Shown piece by piece: positions 38,615-51,858 of a stretch of 64,000 nucleotides of DNA (positions within the stretch are counted from its first letter, which is position 1; the number at the start of each line of letters is the position of its first letter). This DNA comes from Takakia lepidozioides (lineage: Eukaryota; Plantae; Bryophyta): positions 90,148,001 through 90,212,000 of the forward strand of contig CM060731.1 in NCBI GenBank assembly GCA_030704615.1. Reading direction: 5' to 3'. Both the position numbers and the translations under genes were made by a program. The notes under the pieces are model-generated. The model did no database searches and had not been told where the DNA came from. It saw nothing but the letters and a program-made list of their open reading frames with translations.

Positions 38615-38800
38615 GGAGGTGCTATTATTTGTTACTAGCTCCTAGACGTAACGGCGAGTTGTCCTAATTCCTGATGTCTAGTGTTGCAGAACTTCAAGTA
38701 AACTTGTTGTCAATGGGACATGAGGTTTGAGAGGGTGTGGATGTTGCATGAGCGGTGAGCATGAGCATGAGCATGAGCAAATATTAGCATGAGCAGAGCA
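38615..38800 (+). mobile_element. Putative MULE-like end(s)
   Basis: GGAGGTGCTATT at 38615 and CATGAGC repeats at about 38747-38795, resembling the ends at 1543, 9093 and 40600. Confidence 0.45.
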
Positions 38801-39264
38801 CATTTCAGGGCATATTCCTCGATTTTGGGCCTTAACAAACTACAATTCGACCGCTTTTCATGTCAAAAACTGCTCGGTGCGTCAACATCATGTAGAATAA
38901 ACGTTAGGTTCAGAAGCGATAAAATAGGTTTGGCAGTTACCGAACCTATATAGTCATTGCCGATTATAGTAGAACATGTTCTCTTGGACAGGTGGTCAGT
39001 GTCGATTATAGGACGCTCGAGAGGTTTGACGGGAATACCACCGCAGAAAAAGGCCCACGGGAATAGGGCCGCGGGAATAGGCACTCGCAGCAATAAAAAA
39101 AACTTTTTTGAACAAGCCAAATACCTGAGAGGAAAGCGATGCCTCGGAGATTTCTTCCAAGTGTGGTTTTACGAGTGGCGCCCATTACCCAGTTGGTGGT
39201 TAAGGTGAAGTCGGCAACGACTACACCATTGCTTCAAATTGGAAACAGTGCTCACATTCCCACT

Positions 39265-39855
39265 ATGGACAGTGATGCAGGTCAAAGCAATGATCCCGCG
39301 CAGGAATCAGACCGCGAGAGGCCTCCGTCCTCGCAGCTGCAGCGAGTTGGAAATAGTGGTGTGGCTCCGAAGATGGACAATGCTGCAGGCGAAAGTAGCA
39401 GCGCACCGTTGGAATCTCACAAGGACAAGCCTCAGTCCCCTGAGGGGGTATTTTTTCCGCCTTTCGCCAAAGCGTTCGGCGAGAGCCTTGCCTTTTCGGA
39501 ATTTGTACTGCCTTGGTGGAGTCTTATGGATTCCGACTTGTCGGAAGATTCATCCGAAGACGAAGACCAAGGTGGAGAGTTCCCTACAAATGCCTTTGAA
39601 AAATTGGACGTGGACAGAGAGGACGACTTGCAATGGATTGCTGCTTCCATGGAGGTCTTTCAGAGAGAGGCTTTGGAGTTTGTTGTGACGGCGGAAGCAC
39701 ACCCATTAGACTCCTGCAGTATCTGCCTGCAGTCTGTCCAAACGGGAGAGTGTATGCGCACGGTCACAGTGTGCACACACTCCTTCCACAGTGCGTGCAT
39801 TGAGACTTGGGTTCAGCAAAATGGGACATGCCCGGTTTGCCGCCGCAGGTTGTGA
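39265..39855 (+). CDS. RING-H2 zinc-finger protein (putative E3 ligase), 196 aa, intronless
   Basis: CSICLQSVQTGECMRTVTVCTHSFHSACIETWVQQNGTCPVCR. Confidence 0.85.
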   Translation: MDSDAGQSNDPAQESDRERPPSSQLQRVGNSGVAPKMDNAAGESSSAPLESHKDKPQSPEGVFFPPFAKAFGESLAFSEFVLPWWSLMDSDLSEDSSEDEDQGGEFPTNAFEKLDVDREDDLQWIAASMEVFQREALEFVVTAEAHPLDSCSICLQSVQTGECMRTVTVCTHSFHSACIETWVQQNGTCPVCRRRL

Positions 39856-40599
39856 GAGATAACTTGGGCATTTTGATTTCCAACTCTGTTTTCCGCCTGC
39901 CTCTTTAGGCCTCAGTGTACTGTGAACCATTTCCATTATAAAGTTTGTTATAACTTTTTTTGTCTCGGGATTTCTTCCCTCCCTGCACGAAGCACCATTT
40001 GATTTCACTTCCGTCGTTATTATCTATTTTCTTCTCTAAGCTCTTTCAGCTTTCCAATCACGTTCTATGGTAACAAAAGATCACGGTAAGTAGCGACATT
40101 GGCAGATACTCAAATCTGTCATCTTTCACGAAGACTTCAACGAACTATCGCATATGCACAATGTAAAGGCCTAACAGCACGAAGTCTGCAGCGACTTGAG
40201 CTACTCCATTTCAAAGTACACATATTTCTCGAGAAAATGGTCAATGCCAAGGAAGAACGTAAGGAAGCATTTGAAGTTATGATATTTGTTAAACCTTGAA
40301 GTCAGTGCCGACTTGAGGTATATTTTTGCTCATGTATACAGTATACGTCAAATAGTGCATAGTCGGCACCGACTTCAACCTTTTCAAGTGAGGTCAACTT
40401 TTGCGCATGTATACAGTATACATCAACCACTGCATAGTCGGCACTGATTTCAACCATGGAAGAAACATGCGCGAAGAGACATATGGTCCATGTTTACCCG
40501 AAGCATACGCAAGTGTTTAAGAGATATAAGCTATGCTCATGCAAGCTGCAGCTGAGGCCTAAAAATAACATCTCATAACAAAGGGAAATGACATTACAA

Positions 40600-41000
40600 G
40601 GGGGGTTGCTATTTTGTCAGCAATCAGTATGACGTGGACACATGAGAAACGGCCACGTGGCAAATGGTCGTCAAAAACTTTTTTTTTCGAGCTGCCCATA
40701 AATCCAAATCTGATTCATAGTCGTATTCCAATAAGAAATGAATCAGAACAACAGGATTAAAGATGGCCGCGGAGACCACCTTCGTTGGCCAAAGGTGGAG
40801 GATGAAGACAATGATTGGGTTTTTGTTTGTCTTTTAATTTAAGTTATGTAGTTATATCAGCATCCACCTTCGCTTGACGAAGGTTCAGGATCAAGTCGGG
40901 AGGAATGATAATTTTAGGTTTTGATATCATTTTTTAAAAACACAAGTCATAGGCTGATTAGCGTCCACCTTCGTTGGACGAAGGTGGGGATGAAATGGGG
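40600..41000 (+). mobile_element. G-rich end of MULE-like element 3 with subterminal palindromes
   Basis: GGGGGGTTGCTATTTT lies about 600 bp 3' of transposase 3; CCACCTTCG-N5-CGAAGGTGG-type palindromes near 40777, 40864 and 40965. Confidence 0.6.
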
Positions 41001-41209
41001 ACAAACATATGACGACTCAGACATATTTGCAGGTAGTAGTATCAGCTTTAAAATCAAGTGTGTGGAACTATTGTAAGCACATTCAAAATGTCTTCCATAG
41101 CCACAGTTCGATTATTAGATGTTATACATGAAATATCGGAGAGATTTAATGTATAATCGACCGGTCAGGAGACCAAAATTGGATATCTCAAAACAAGATG
41201 ACATCATTC

Positions 41210-42646
41210 CTATCTACCAATGCGGTCTTGTTCTCTACTAGGGAGGCTGGCTACCTCCCCCGTACTGAGTGTTGGGTAATGCATCAAAGGGGTATATTCG
41301 GTTTCACCACCCAAGACTACAAGCATGACAAAGAAAATGTGTTTGCAAGGAAGATATCCTTCTCTAGCTTTCCTTCTATGCTAATCAAAGGCCTCGCAAG
41401 TACAAGACGGTTCCAAACCAATGCTGACATCATAGGTCACGCCTCGCTTTGTAGATTCTGCGGTCCTGATGGTATAAACTCGACCCAATCCCTCTCCAAT
41501 GTCAACCTTGTTTAGGACAACTGCTCGACAGGATGCAACTTTTGCCATGTTGTCTCGAGCCTTCTTGGAGATAGTTTCACATCTTCGCACTCTCCGCCCA
41601 TCACGTTCTTTGCATGCCTTAGATGTTGAAGAATGTAGTCCATTGACAGCTGATGATGGTGGGATTATGTCGTTTTGTATATGAGATGTTGAATGCACAG
41701 AGGAGCGTTTGGATTTTCTTCCAAGGACATCGCCCTCGGGAACAAGACAGAACCCTACAGCTGTTAGTCTGTCCACTTCTTCCTGCGTAAGATCCGTTCC
41801 TTTTGCTACAGGCCACACAGACGGAACGTTCCCAGGGTGGGAAACATTATGAGAGAGACACAAGGACTTGTAGCGTGGGTTACGTCATCTGCACAAAACC
41901 AAAATAATTTCTGAACGGGACGGGCCATCACGGGAGGATGGTTCCAACCCAAGAAATTTGGAGCTGGAATTCCAGCAGTGGATCCTTTTGGAAGAATTCT
42001 TCGCATGCAATACCTACCGAGCTTATCTGCACCACAACATTGTACGGCTGTCCGCCGGGAAGTTCGTTCAATCTTCCATCCTTCCCGAGGATGAGTTATA
42101 GAGTCCTTTCGATGAGGTACAACATCGGAGCCAGATGTTTTTGAATCCGAGTCATCAATGAGGATAGGTTTGATCCTAAGAGATCCAGGATCAGCATTTG
42201 AGCGTATGTCTTTTTTCTTGGCTGAAACGCGTGGTGTTGAACATCCGACATTCTCGGTTCGGAGATTTACATTAGGCCTCCATGAGGAATTGGGATCCTC
42301 TGTCGTACATATTCCCACTTTCCTCTGCACTCTCCGTGTCCGCTTATTCCCCTCCAAATGGTCACCACGGGTATGCAAAGGAGTACCAGCAACAATATCT
42401 TTCAAAGCAGATCCCATCTTTCTTGCAGTTTTCAATGCAACTCAGCTGCATCTGGCCCCATACCGGTTCCCCGACCTTTTTGAAGGTTGATTTCTTTCCC
42501 AATCTGCATCAATGCCCGAACAATATTATCTCGTGTGGTCTCAACCAAGTCATTTTTATTCGGACCGGAACCTTTCTTCCATTTAGCATGCACAGACTCA
42601 GCCATATTTGTATTTGACATCCCTACAACAGCATCATTATCTATCC
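41210..42646 (-). pseudogene. Last exon of a third MULE-like transposase (catalytic E and SWIM)
   Basis: MSNTNMAESVHAKW, GTPLHTRGDHLEG, FWFC, VWPVAKGTDLTQEEVDRLTAVGF, YDVSIGLEPSCTCEAF...LPCKHIFFV; contains stops and frameshifts; 3' end approximate. Confidence 0.85.
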
Positions 42647-43230
42647 TATGAAAAGTGCATGAAGTAGAACACAAATCAAGTTTGGAGTGCAAAACAGGGA
42701 ATAAACTATGGTTTTGGGTCCAAATGAATTTTGATCGCTCCCAAATTTGGCACGCACGTTGCATATGACTACATTACATGCCCCATTCAAAAACGAAATG
42801 AAAAAAAAATCGTGAGCACACGAAACACAGTCCAACAGATCCCAAAGCAATAGCAGCTCCAACAGAATACATTCAACGGGTGAAAGGATGGTTGCCCATC
42901 CAAATCATTTTTGTTAGCTTCCAAACTTTGCCAGCACGTTTGAGACACCCTCTCACAGGTCCCGGACTAATATCAGATCAATCGAAATTCATTCGATGGC
43001 TCAACGAATGGTTGGCCATCGAAATGATTTTGGTTCGCTTTGAGACTTGGCCACTATGTTCAATGTGCCATGTAAGAGGCCCCAGAGTAATATGAGTTCA
43101 ATCGAAATTCGTTCAATGGGCCAACGGATGGTTGCCCATCCAAATGATTTTCGTTCGTTTTGAAACTTGGGCAGTGTATTCAATGTACCCTCTGATACGT
43201 CCCAGTGTAATATGAGATCAATCGAAATTA
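42647..43230 (-). repeat. Inverted copy of the 57.4-61.8 kb repeat family, at the transposase 3 intron
   Basis: AAAAGTGCATGAAGTAGAACACAAATCAAGTTTGGAGTGCAAA is near-identical to the reverse complement of about 58040-58085; contains GGATGGTTGCCCATCC palindromes. Confidence 0.85.
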
Positions 43231-45588
43231 TTTTGTGCTTTGAGAACTTTGTGGGTATGTTCGTAGAAAGATCATAGATTTTGCGAAATGATTATGAAAT
43301 ACGCAGGGACCAGGCGAAATTTGTTTGGAAGACGACCATTCGTAACTCGTTATAACTTATTTGTTAACATCAATTTTCCTTGTTCTCCAGTTTTCGGAGT
43401 TGATTGCAAATACCCACATACACGTCATGACCAAATATGACACCATTGTAAATTTGTTTATAGGGTGAACTACTTCTTTCCTATTACACGAGTGTAAATG
43501 TGAAGAAAACGCTGCTCATGCAATTGAAATTGGCAGGTGCCGCACATGTGCATTGTGTATTAACAAAATTGGTGATATACAAACTTGGTGGAATGCCATC
43601 ACTGTGTTTTCCAACAATATTCAAGGTACAACAAAAATGCATATTGTATATGTACTACGCTGCCAGTCATTAAAAGCCTAGTCGTTACTGTCTGAGGATG
43701 TGGAATTTGATGCTGTGGCCTGATTTCACTGCCAAATGCCAAAGCTTGCAACCGTGATCTCGTGGTCAATGAGGGGCCCAATGACATGTGATCAATTATG
43801 GCCTACATCCGCCTACTTTGCGACGAAAATTGACTTTCTTCTTCACTCTCACGACGTGGCGGAGGTGGATCGAGAACAATTGCTCGGGCTGCATGCAAAT
43901 CGGCAACGAGGCCGTCCACATCCGGCAATACAGCCCCCGAAACACGATGATAACGGTCTGTCCATAGTCGCCTCCATTTCTTTACAACTGCCTTGATGGT
44001 ACTTTTGAAACTTTCCAACTGCCTCTCGCAGGCCCTGTCCGTAATCATTGTGTCGTTTCGACGATAAGCCGCCTCGTACGCATCATTCATTCGGCGTTGA
44101 CATATTATAACATCTTCCAGTTCGGACAGCAACAAATGTTTTCCAATCGGTTGTCGGTCATACAATTCGTTCTCCTCCGACACCCATGGAACCTGTGGAA
44201 GCCGGATAAACCTGGACCTTCTTTGACTCCAATGCCCTCCCAGATTGCAGCAAAACTGCTCTCTCTCCCACCAATCTCGAACGTCTCCCGCACGTATGGT
44301 TATCTCCCAATCAGATGTGACCCAGAAATACTGGGGATCTTTGATGTATGTCAGGTTTCCGGCATGTATGCCATGAATCTCTCTATTTGCATCCCATACC
44401 AAATTCTTGCCCGAATGCATACAATTCAGAAATGTGTATGGTAGCCCATCCAATGGGAGGTTGTGTCGATTGTATTCAAAACCTATGGGCATCCGATCCT
44501 CCAAGCCCACCAGCTCATAGAAACGACGATGGATTGGTGTACGGCATTCTGGGCAAGCGCTCGTCCGCAAGGCTTGCGGGATAAGACATGTGAGATGGAA
44601 CATATGTCCACATGATCCAAGACATGACATCCCTCTGGGCCGTATGGATTCCTACACATCGAACAAACTGTGCCATCTGATATCCATGACGGCAAAACGC
44701 CTCGTGGTATCTCCTCCCTCTGGGCCGGTTTGATGTGGCTGGTCATCCTTGTTGTGGTGTCCCACTCTTCCTCTATATCCAATTCCCAGTTTATGCTTCT
44801 GTTCGACCCCGAAATTATGTGCTCACATCGATCGAACATAGAATCCACATCTGCCCAATTGGTATACCCGGCGAACACGCTTGATGCGATGCGAAGATCG
44901 TTATACCTTTGCATGTTGGCATAAATGTTATCCATGCTATGGTTCGACATGCGTGCGACACGTTGCAAGCTTGATAGTGCCCGCTCTACCCGTGCTTCTC
45001 TGGAGGCCAAATGGGTCGCCCATTGTACCCAATTCTCCCAATCGTCATTCAATGGGACCCATGCCTGAATCTCCAGGTTTTGGACAAGCGCCATGCAGTT
45101 GCCATGACAATGTCCTGCTCATTTGTAACGCGGTCGACATCTAACATCGGGTTCATCTCCGATTGAATGACGACCCTCGAGCATTCCCCGGTTTCCAGTA
45201 CTGGTTCTTTTCCTTTCCTCCTTCTCTCATCCACAATTCGCTGTTCCTCAACCATGGTTTCATCGGCCACAGGGTCAAGGACGTCCGTAATTTCCTGAAT
45301 GATGAGATCAATACTGCGATCGGGCATCGCAAACTCCGCGTCCATGTCCACGACGTTTGTTCGATCCTCATTGTGGACAACAGTGCCTTCATTGTTTGGA
45401 GGCATGTCTTGCAATCTAGCTTCCAACTCGGCTATGCGTAGTGTTTGCCAGTCTAGTCGGTTCTGCATGGTCCTGATTCGCTGGTCTTTTTCCGCCAGTT
45501 GTTCCTCTAACGTTGCAGCCGGTTGTATTCCGAACGTGTCCAGGATGTACTCCAAATCGTATAGCAACCTTGAGTTCCTCCTACTAGC

Positions 45589-46338
45589 TGTCGCGGCCCT
45601 TTGCCTTGAGGGCAGGGGGTCGGGACACATCAGGGGCTGCCCCTGTGGTGGGGGCAGCGGCAGCGATAGGTATGGGGGGGCTGAGGCACCCTTGAGTGCC
45701 CAAGGCACTCAGGGAAGCGGAGGCGCTCACTAGGTGAAGCCCCGCACACCGGGTTGCGGTGGGGGTGGCTCCACAAGCGGTGGGGTTGGCTCCACAAGGG
45801 GTGGTGGTAGCTTAGTGGGACTTAGTGGGGGTGGCATAGGACTCACCATGGGGGCGGAGACCTCGTGGTGGGAGTCGTGGGGAGTCTTGGGACTCATCAC
45901 GGTCCATAGGGGCCGTGGTGAGCGGGCCAAGACTCACCGCGACTCACCACCGGGAGTCGAGGGTTTTCGTGGTGGTTCGCCATAAAATGGCATGGCTGGT
46001 TGTGGAACCCCCGCGGACAGCTACAGAAGTATATATAGGGAGTAGTAACCCCGAGAACGGTGCAAGCCCGTTGGTGACCAAAAACTAGTGAGTAAGCGAG
46101 CGAGCCGGAAAGCGACCAAAGAGTGGGGAGCTGTTCCGGACTGCCATCTACCAAAGGGAATTCTCCTAGTCCCAAAGAGGTGGAGGGTTTAGAAGGAAGC
46201 GAAGGGGGGGACCGTTATGTCCCGGTGAGCAGCCGAAGCTCCAAGTTGGCCCGGGCGGCCAGGTTGGGAGTCAGGCGCGCGCATCAAAGCGAGTAACTAG
46301 GACTTGAAGGGGAGCTTACCGGAGTGAGGTGCGCGACA
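45589..46338 (+). repeat. 5' LTR (750 bp)
   Basis: Matches 51859-52607; by eye the only difference is one G in a homopolymer. Confidence 0.97.
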
Positions 46339-46340
46339 TT

Positions 46341-46352
46341 TGGTATCAGAGC
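46341..46352 (+). promoter_or_regulatory. Primer binding site for initiator tRNA-Met
   Basis: TGGTATCAGAGC, 2 nt after the LTR. Confidence 0.95.
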
Positions 46353-46393
46353 TTAGAGTTCAGTACGCGATCGTCCTTGGGATTGGCCTCATC

Positions 46394-49300
46394 ATGGGGT
46401 CGGGCAAGCCGAAGCGAAAGCGGAACGGCCCAAAAGATGATGATCCCGGTGAGCCCGATGGGGGCGACGTGTCACCAAGGCGGCCGTTTGAGGAAGCGAT
46501 GAATGTTTCCGAAAACGAGGCCGCTCAGGAGCGGGAGGAATCCGAGGAGTCGGAGCCCGAGGAATCCTTGAGAGCTCCGACAAACCAAGAGATGCCTCCC
46601 ATGCCGGCAGCCTTTTGGGAAGGGTTGTTGGCGCAGTTTGGCGGGACGTTGAAAGACGTGTTGAAGGCGGCTAATGCCACTTCCACTAAGGCAAAGTTTA
46701 AGGTGAAGCCTAAGGAACCCGGCACCTTCGAGGGCGTTCGAAACCGGAAGGCACTCAACACCTGGCTCCTGGAGCTAGAGCAGTACTTCCGGGCGGCCAA
46801 GTTGAGTGACGAGGATCGGGTGGAAGTGGCTCCCACCTATTTGAGGGGCTATGCTCAACAATGGTGGCAGAAACGCCTTCACGACCGAGGCCCAAGCCCG
46901 GAAACCTTGAACTGGAGTGGGTTCAAGGAATTGATGAAGAGACAGTTTGTGCCCCTCAACGCGTCCTGGCTTGCCCGGGACAAGATGAGGAATTTGAAGC
47001 AAACAGATGACATTCGGGGGTACGTCCAGGCTTTCAATGTGCTGTTGCTCGAAGTCGCGGACATGGCAGAACCAGAAATGGTCTTCAACTTTGTGGCGGG
47101 ACTGGCCCCATGGGCCAGGCGGAAGTTGGAGGAGAAGCCACCCAAGACTTTGAACGAGGCAATTGAGAGGGCTGAATGTTTCTCGGATGTCCCTAGGGGT
47201 GAAAGACAAGGCCGTACGGAGCTGAACCACAAGAAGACCCGGCGGGAAGGTGACTCCTTCCGACCGGAAAAGAAGTGGGATAGGCCACGCGGCGATAATG
47301 GCATGTGGAAATCGAAGGGAGGGCCTTCGTACGTCAAGGCGGCACCCGGTGCTCCGAAAGGAAAAGCGGGTGGAGCGGCTTATGGCGGACAGAAGGCGAC
47401 CTTTGATGGAGTGTGTTTCAATTGCGGGGAGCCCGGGCACATGGCCAAGAAGTGCACGAAGCCCCGGCAATTGAACATGACTCGGGCGACCACGGAGCTG
47501 TCAGAAGATACCATCAGTCGCTTGGTGGAAGCGGTAGTCGCCAGGACTTGCAAGGTAGGCAACTATTCTTGTGAGTTGTATCAGGAAACTGGCGCCCTGC
47601 GAAAAGGGAGTCAATTATTGTTCGTGGATGGGATAATATCCGGAACTAACGTGTCGTTGTTGGTGGACACAGGAGCGTCGCACTCCTTCATGACGCCGGT
47701 GGCGGCGCGAAAGTTGGGACTCCCGACAAGTGACGTGGGGGCCTCTATTGAGGTGCGCTCTGCCAAAGGAGAACCTCAGTTGGCGACAAGGTTGGCGTTT
47801 GATGTTCCTCTTCAACTGGGGAGTTGGGAGGGACGTGAGAACTTCACTATCTGCGAGATCGATGGAGTGGATCTCATTTTAGGGATGACCTTTTTGAGCA
47901 AATCCGGAGCGGTCATAGATGGCCGCAAGAGAGTAGTCACGCTGCCATGTGGGAATGGTGGCGAGGTTTTACGAGTGTCGGAAACGCCCAAATCCGTGGG
48001 AGGGCGAATAAACCTTCTATCAGCAAAGGAGTGGGCCGTGGAGGAGGCACACGAGTCCCAGTTTTTGCTTTACATTAGAGAAGTGAAAGGAGAAGGCGAT
48101 GGGGAGCCGAGCCCAGATTGGATCAAGGGGATTTTGGAGAAATACCAGGATGTGATGCCGGAGGATTTACCAAGCGGCTTGCCACCGCGAAGAGGAGTTG
48201 ACCACAAGATTGAGGTGATACCGGGATCGGACCGCCTGCCAAGGCGCCCTACCGATTGAGCCACAGAGAGTTGGTCGAGCTGAAGACTCAGCTCAAGGAT
48301 CTAATGTCAAAGGGGTACATCCGGCCGAGTAAGTCACCTTACGGAGCCCCGGTGCTATTTGCAGACAAGAAGGATGGGACGCTGCGGATGTGTGTCGATT
48401 ACAGGGCTCTGAATAAGGTGACTATCAAAAACCGGTACCCTTTGCCAAGGATCGACGACCTCTTCGATCGGTTGGCAGGAGCAAAGTATTTCAGCCGGAT
48501 CGACTTGCGCTCCGGCTATCACCAAATTCGGGTGGCAGAAGGAGATGAGGAGAAGACCGCGTGCAGGACAAGGTATGGTTCATATGAGTTCTTGGTGATG
48601 CCTTTTGGGCTCACCAATGCACCAGCGACATTTAGCACGCTGATGAACAGCCTTTTCCAGGAGTGGTTGGATGACTTTGTGATCGTGTACATCGACGACA
48701 TCTTGGTGTACTCAAAACAAAGGAGGAGCACCTGGAGCACCTCAAAAGGGTGTTCCAAAAATTGCGAGAAGGGAAGCTGTATGCCAAAGCTTCAAAGTGC
48801 GAATTCGGGGTCACAAAAGTGGAGTTCTTGGGGCATGTGATTACACAGGATGGGATCAAAATGGATGACAGAAAGGTGAGGGCGATCTTGGACTGGGAGC
48901 CTCCGACTTCGGTCCCGGGAGTGCGATCCTTCCTAGGACTCGCCTCCTATTACCGGAAGTATGTGAGAAATTTCGCCAAGATCGCGGGGCCGCTGTCGGA
49001 CCTTCTGTGTAAATCCAAAGTCTGGGTATGGAACACATTTTGTGGCCAAGCTTTTGCTGAATTGAAGCAGCGGATGACGGAAGCTCCAGTCTTGAAAATC
49101 CCGGAGTTCGATCGTCCGTTTGAGATTCATACAGATGCATCGGACTTCGCAATTGGGGGTGTACTTATGCAAGATGGACGTCCAGTGGCTTACGAAAGTA
49201 AGAAACTGAATGAAGTGGAGCGACGGTGGCCGACGCACGAAAAAGAGATGAAGGCGGTGGTGCATTGCCTTGAACTCTGGCGCCACTATGTTGGTTCCAA

Positions 49301-50954
49301 CCCAGTGAAGGTGTTCACGGACAATGTCACGGTGAAGTATTTTGCCACGCAGCCCAAGTTGTCCCCAAAACAACTTAGGTGGCAAGATACTTTGGCAGTG
49401 TTCGACGTGGATATCCAGTACAAACCGGGACGGGACAATGTGGTGGCCGATGCTTTAAGTAGAAAGCAGCAGCTCTTGTTGGTGTACAAGGGCGAGACGG
49501 CGCTCCAAAGGAAGATCCGGAAGGCTTGCCGGAAGGATGAGCTGGCAAAGTGCGTGATGCAGGACTTGAGAATGGGGGTTAAATCGCAGTTCCACTTGCA
49601 AAACGGACTGCTCCGGTATAAGCAAAAACGTCTCTATGTGCCAAAGGGAGGGATCAGGGATAGTCTCTTGAGAGAATGCCATGATAGCCCGCTTGCGGGC
49701 CACGGTGGAGCCAAGCGCACTGCGGCACTCTTGAAGAAAGAATATTTCTGGCCCAAACTGAGGGAGGAGGCAGAGGAGTATGTCAAGACATGCACCACAT
49801 GCCAACAAAACCGGAGCGAGTACAAAAAGCAAGCGGGGCTGTTACAACCCTTGCCGATTCCAGAGGGGACTTGGGAAAGCGTCTCGATGGATTTCATGAC
49901 TGCTATGCCGTTGTCAAAAGGATTCGATGCAATCATGGTGGTGGTAGATAGGTTCAGTAAAATGGCCCATTTCATCCCCACCAAGGAGACGGCAACGGCG
50001 CAGGAGACAGGGCGACTTTACTTCGCCCACGTCTTAAAGCATCATGGAGTCCCGAAGGATATTGTCTCGGACCGCGATCCAAAGTTTACGAGTAAATTCT
50101 GGAGAGCACTTTGGAAGAAGATGGGGACGAGGCTGAAGATGAGCACCGCCTTCCGACCTACGACGGACGGCCAAACGGAAAGAGTGAATTCCGTAGTGAA
50201 GCAATTCTTGCGGAATTACGTGTCGGCAGACCAATCAGACTGGATGGAACACTTAGACGCGGCAGAGTTCTGTTATAATAACACAGAACACTCCGCGACG
50301 GGAGTTTCCCCTTTTGTGTTGATCTATGGAAAAGCACCTCTGGTGCCGACAAGTTGGGCCGCCCAGGACGTTGAGGAACCGGCAGTAGCGGCGGTACTGG
50401 AAGAACGCGAGCGTTTGTTGAAGCTCGCAAAGTACAACATTGCCAAAGCTAGGAAACGGTATGAAAGGCAGGCGAATCGGAAGCGGAGGGAAGTGAAGTT
50501 TGAGGCAGGCACAGAGGTCTGGTTGAACATCAAGAATTTTCGACTACCTCCGGAAGTGAGTCCGAAGTTCGTACCTCCGTATGCGGGTCCCTTTCGCATT
50601 CGGAGGGTTATGAATGAGGATGTGTATGAATTGGAGCTGCCGGCAAACAGCAAGGTGCACCCAGTATTCCATGTCTCCTTTTTGAAGCCTTACTTCAAAG
50701 ATGAAGCACGTCCGAATCGGCAGCAAGTGTTGCGTCCGCCACCTATGCTGTTGGATCATGAAAATGAACCTGAGTACGAGGTGGAGGCAATACTTAAGTC
50801 GAGGAGGTTCAAGAACCGAGAAACAGAGTATCTCGTCAAATGGAAGGGCTATCATCTTGTGGAGGCATCTTGGGTGCGTGCCTCAGAAATGGGAAACGCA
50901 TCCGAGGCAGTTGCAGCGTTCGAAGGGCGACCTCAAAAGCGGAAGAAACGTTGA
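46394..50954 (+). CDS. Gag-Pol polyprotein (Gag, CCHC, protease, RT, RNase H, integrase, chromodomain) with two 1-nt frameshifts (about 48240 and 48720)
   Basis: [14 protein letters not shown]; [10 protein letters not shown]; YIDDIL; [12 protein letters not shown]; [13 protein letters not shown]; SDRD, DGQTER; [20 protein letters not shown]. Confidence 0.95.
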
Positions 50955-51858
50955 TGGGGACATCAACCTTGGAGCGTGGGGGAGGAAATGCATGCTTAGC
51001 CCGGTTTAGCTAGCTCAGGAATCCGATTGCAAAAACTTGTATTGTACAAACATTTGTTATAAAGGAAATGGGTTCCAAATATTATGCGTCCTATTGTGTT
51101 TGGAATGGTGATGCATGGTGTGTTGGCTAGTGTGTAGAATGCATGCTAGCTTACAAAAGTGGGAGAGGTAAATTGGGTAATCGTGTGTTTGCGCAGTGCC
51201 GAAATCGGGTGACTCCCATCCCAGGGGCAAGGAAACTTGCGCCTTCTTTGGGAGTTCACGTGCTAGTGCGCACCTGGCGCGTGCGCGTACTATAACTGCG
51301 CTACCGAGGGGGTTGCCTTGTAGTGCGGGCTAACGCGGAAGCTACGTGCTTCCGTTCACGTACTATAATCGTGTAACCTCGGGACGAAGTCGTAGTGCGG
51401 CTTCGACGTGTTCCCGTACCTCAGGCCAGCATTCCAAGGCGGACCCAATTGTAGTGATTGGGGCGCACGGTTGGTTCAAGGTTACCTTCCTAGTCAAAGA
51501 GGGTTCCAGGTGAACCCTTGCTCAAGGTGATGCCAAAAGCGGCATCATGAGCGATCGCAAGCAATGTTGTTGCAGTAAGGCGATTCGATCCTCGGGGAGG
51601 ATCGTTCCTTGGCCTTGAAGTAGGCCAAGAAGAGTGCACTGAGAGGAGCTGGAGAGGCTCCACCCTTGGCCGGGACTTGGAGGAAGTCGGCCGAACTAGC
51701 TAGTGGAGAGTAGAGTCAAGTGTGGGGTTTGGTTCTTTGCCATGGGACGCCATGGTACAGAAACAAACTCCTTGATGTGGGACGCCACAACTTGGATGTT
51801 CGTTTCTACAAAATGGACAAGTCGATGAGGACATCGACTCCCTGTTGGTAGGGGTGTG

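Noticed and set aside
46392-50855. Antisense ORFs over gag-pol
   Set aside because: Shadow frames of a GC-rich coding strand.
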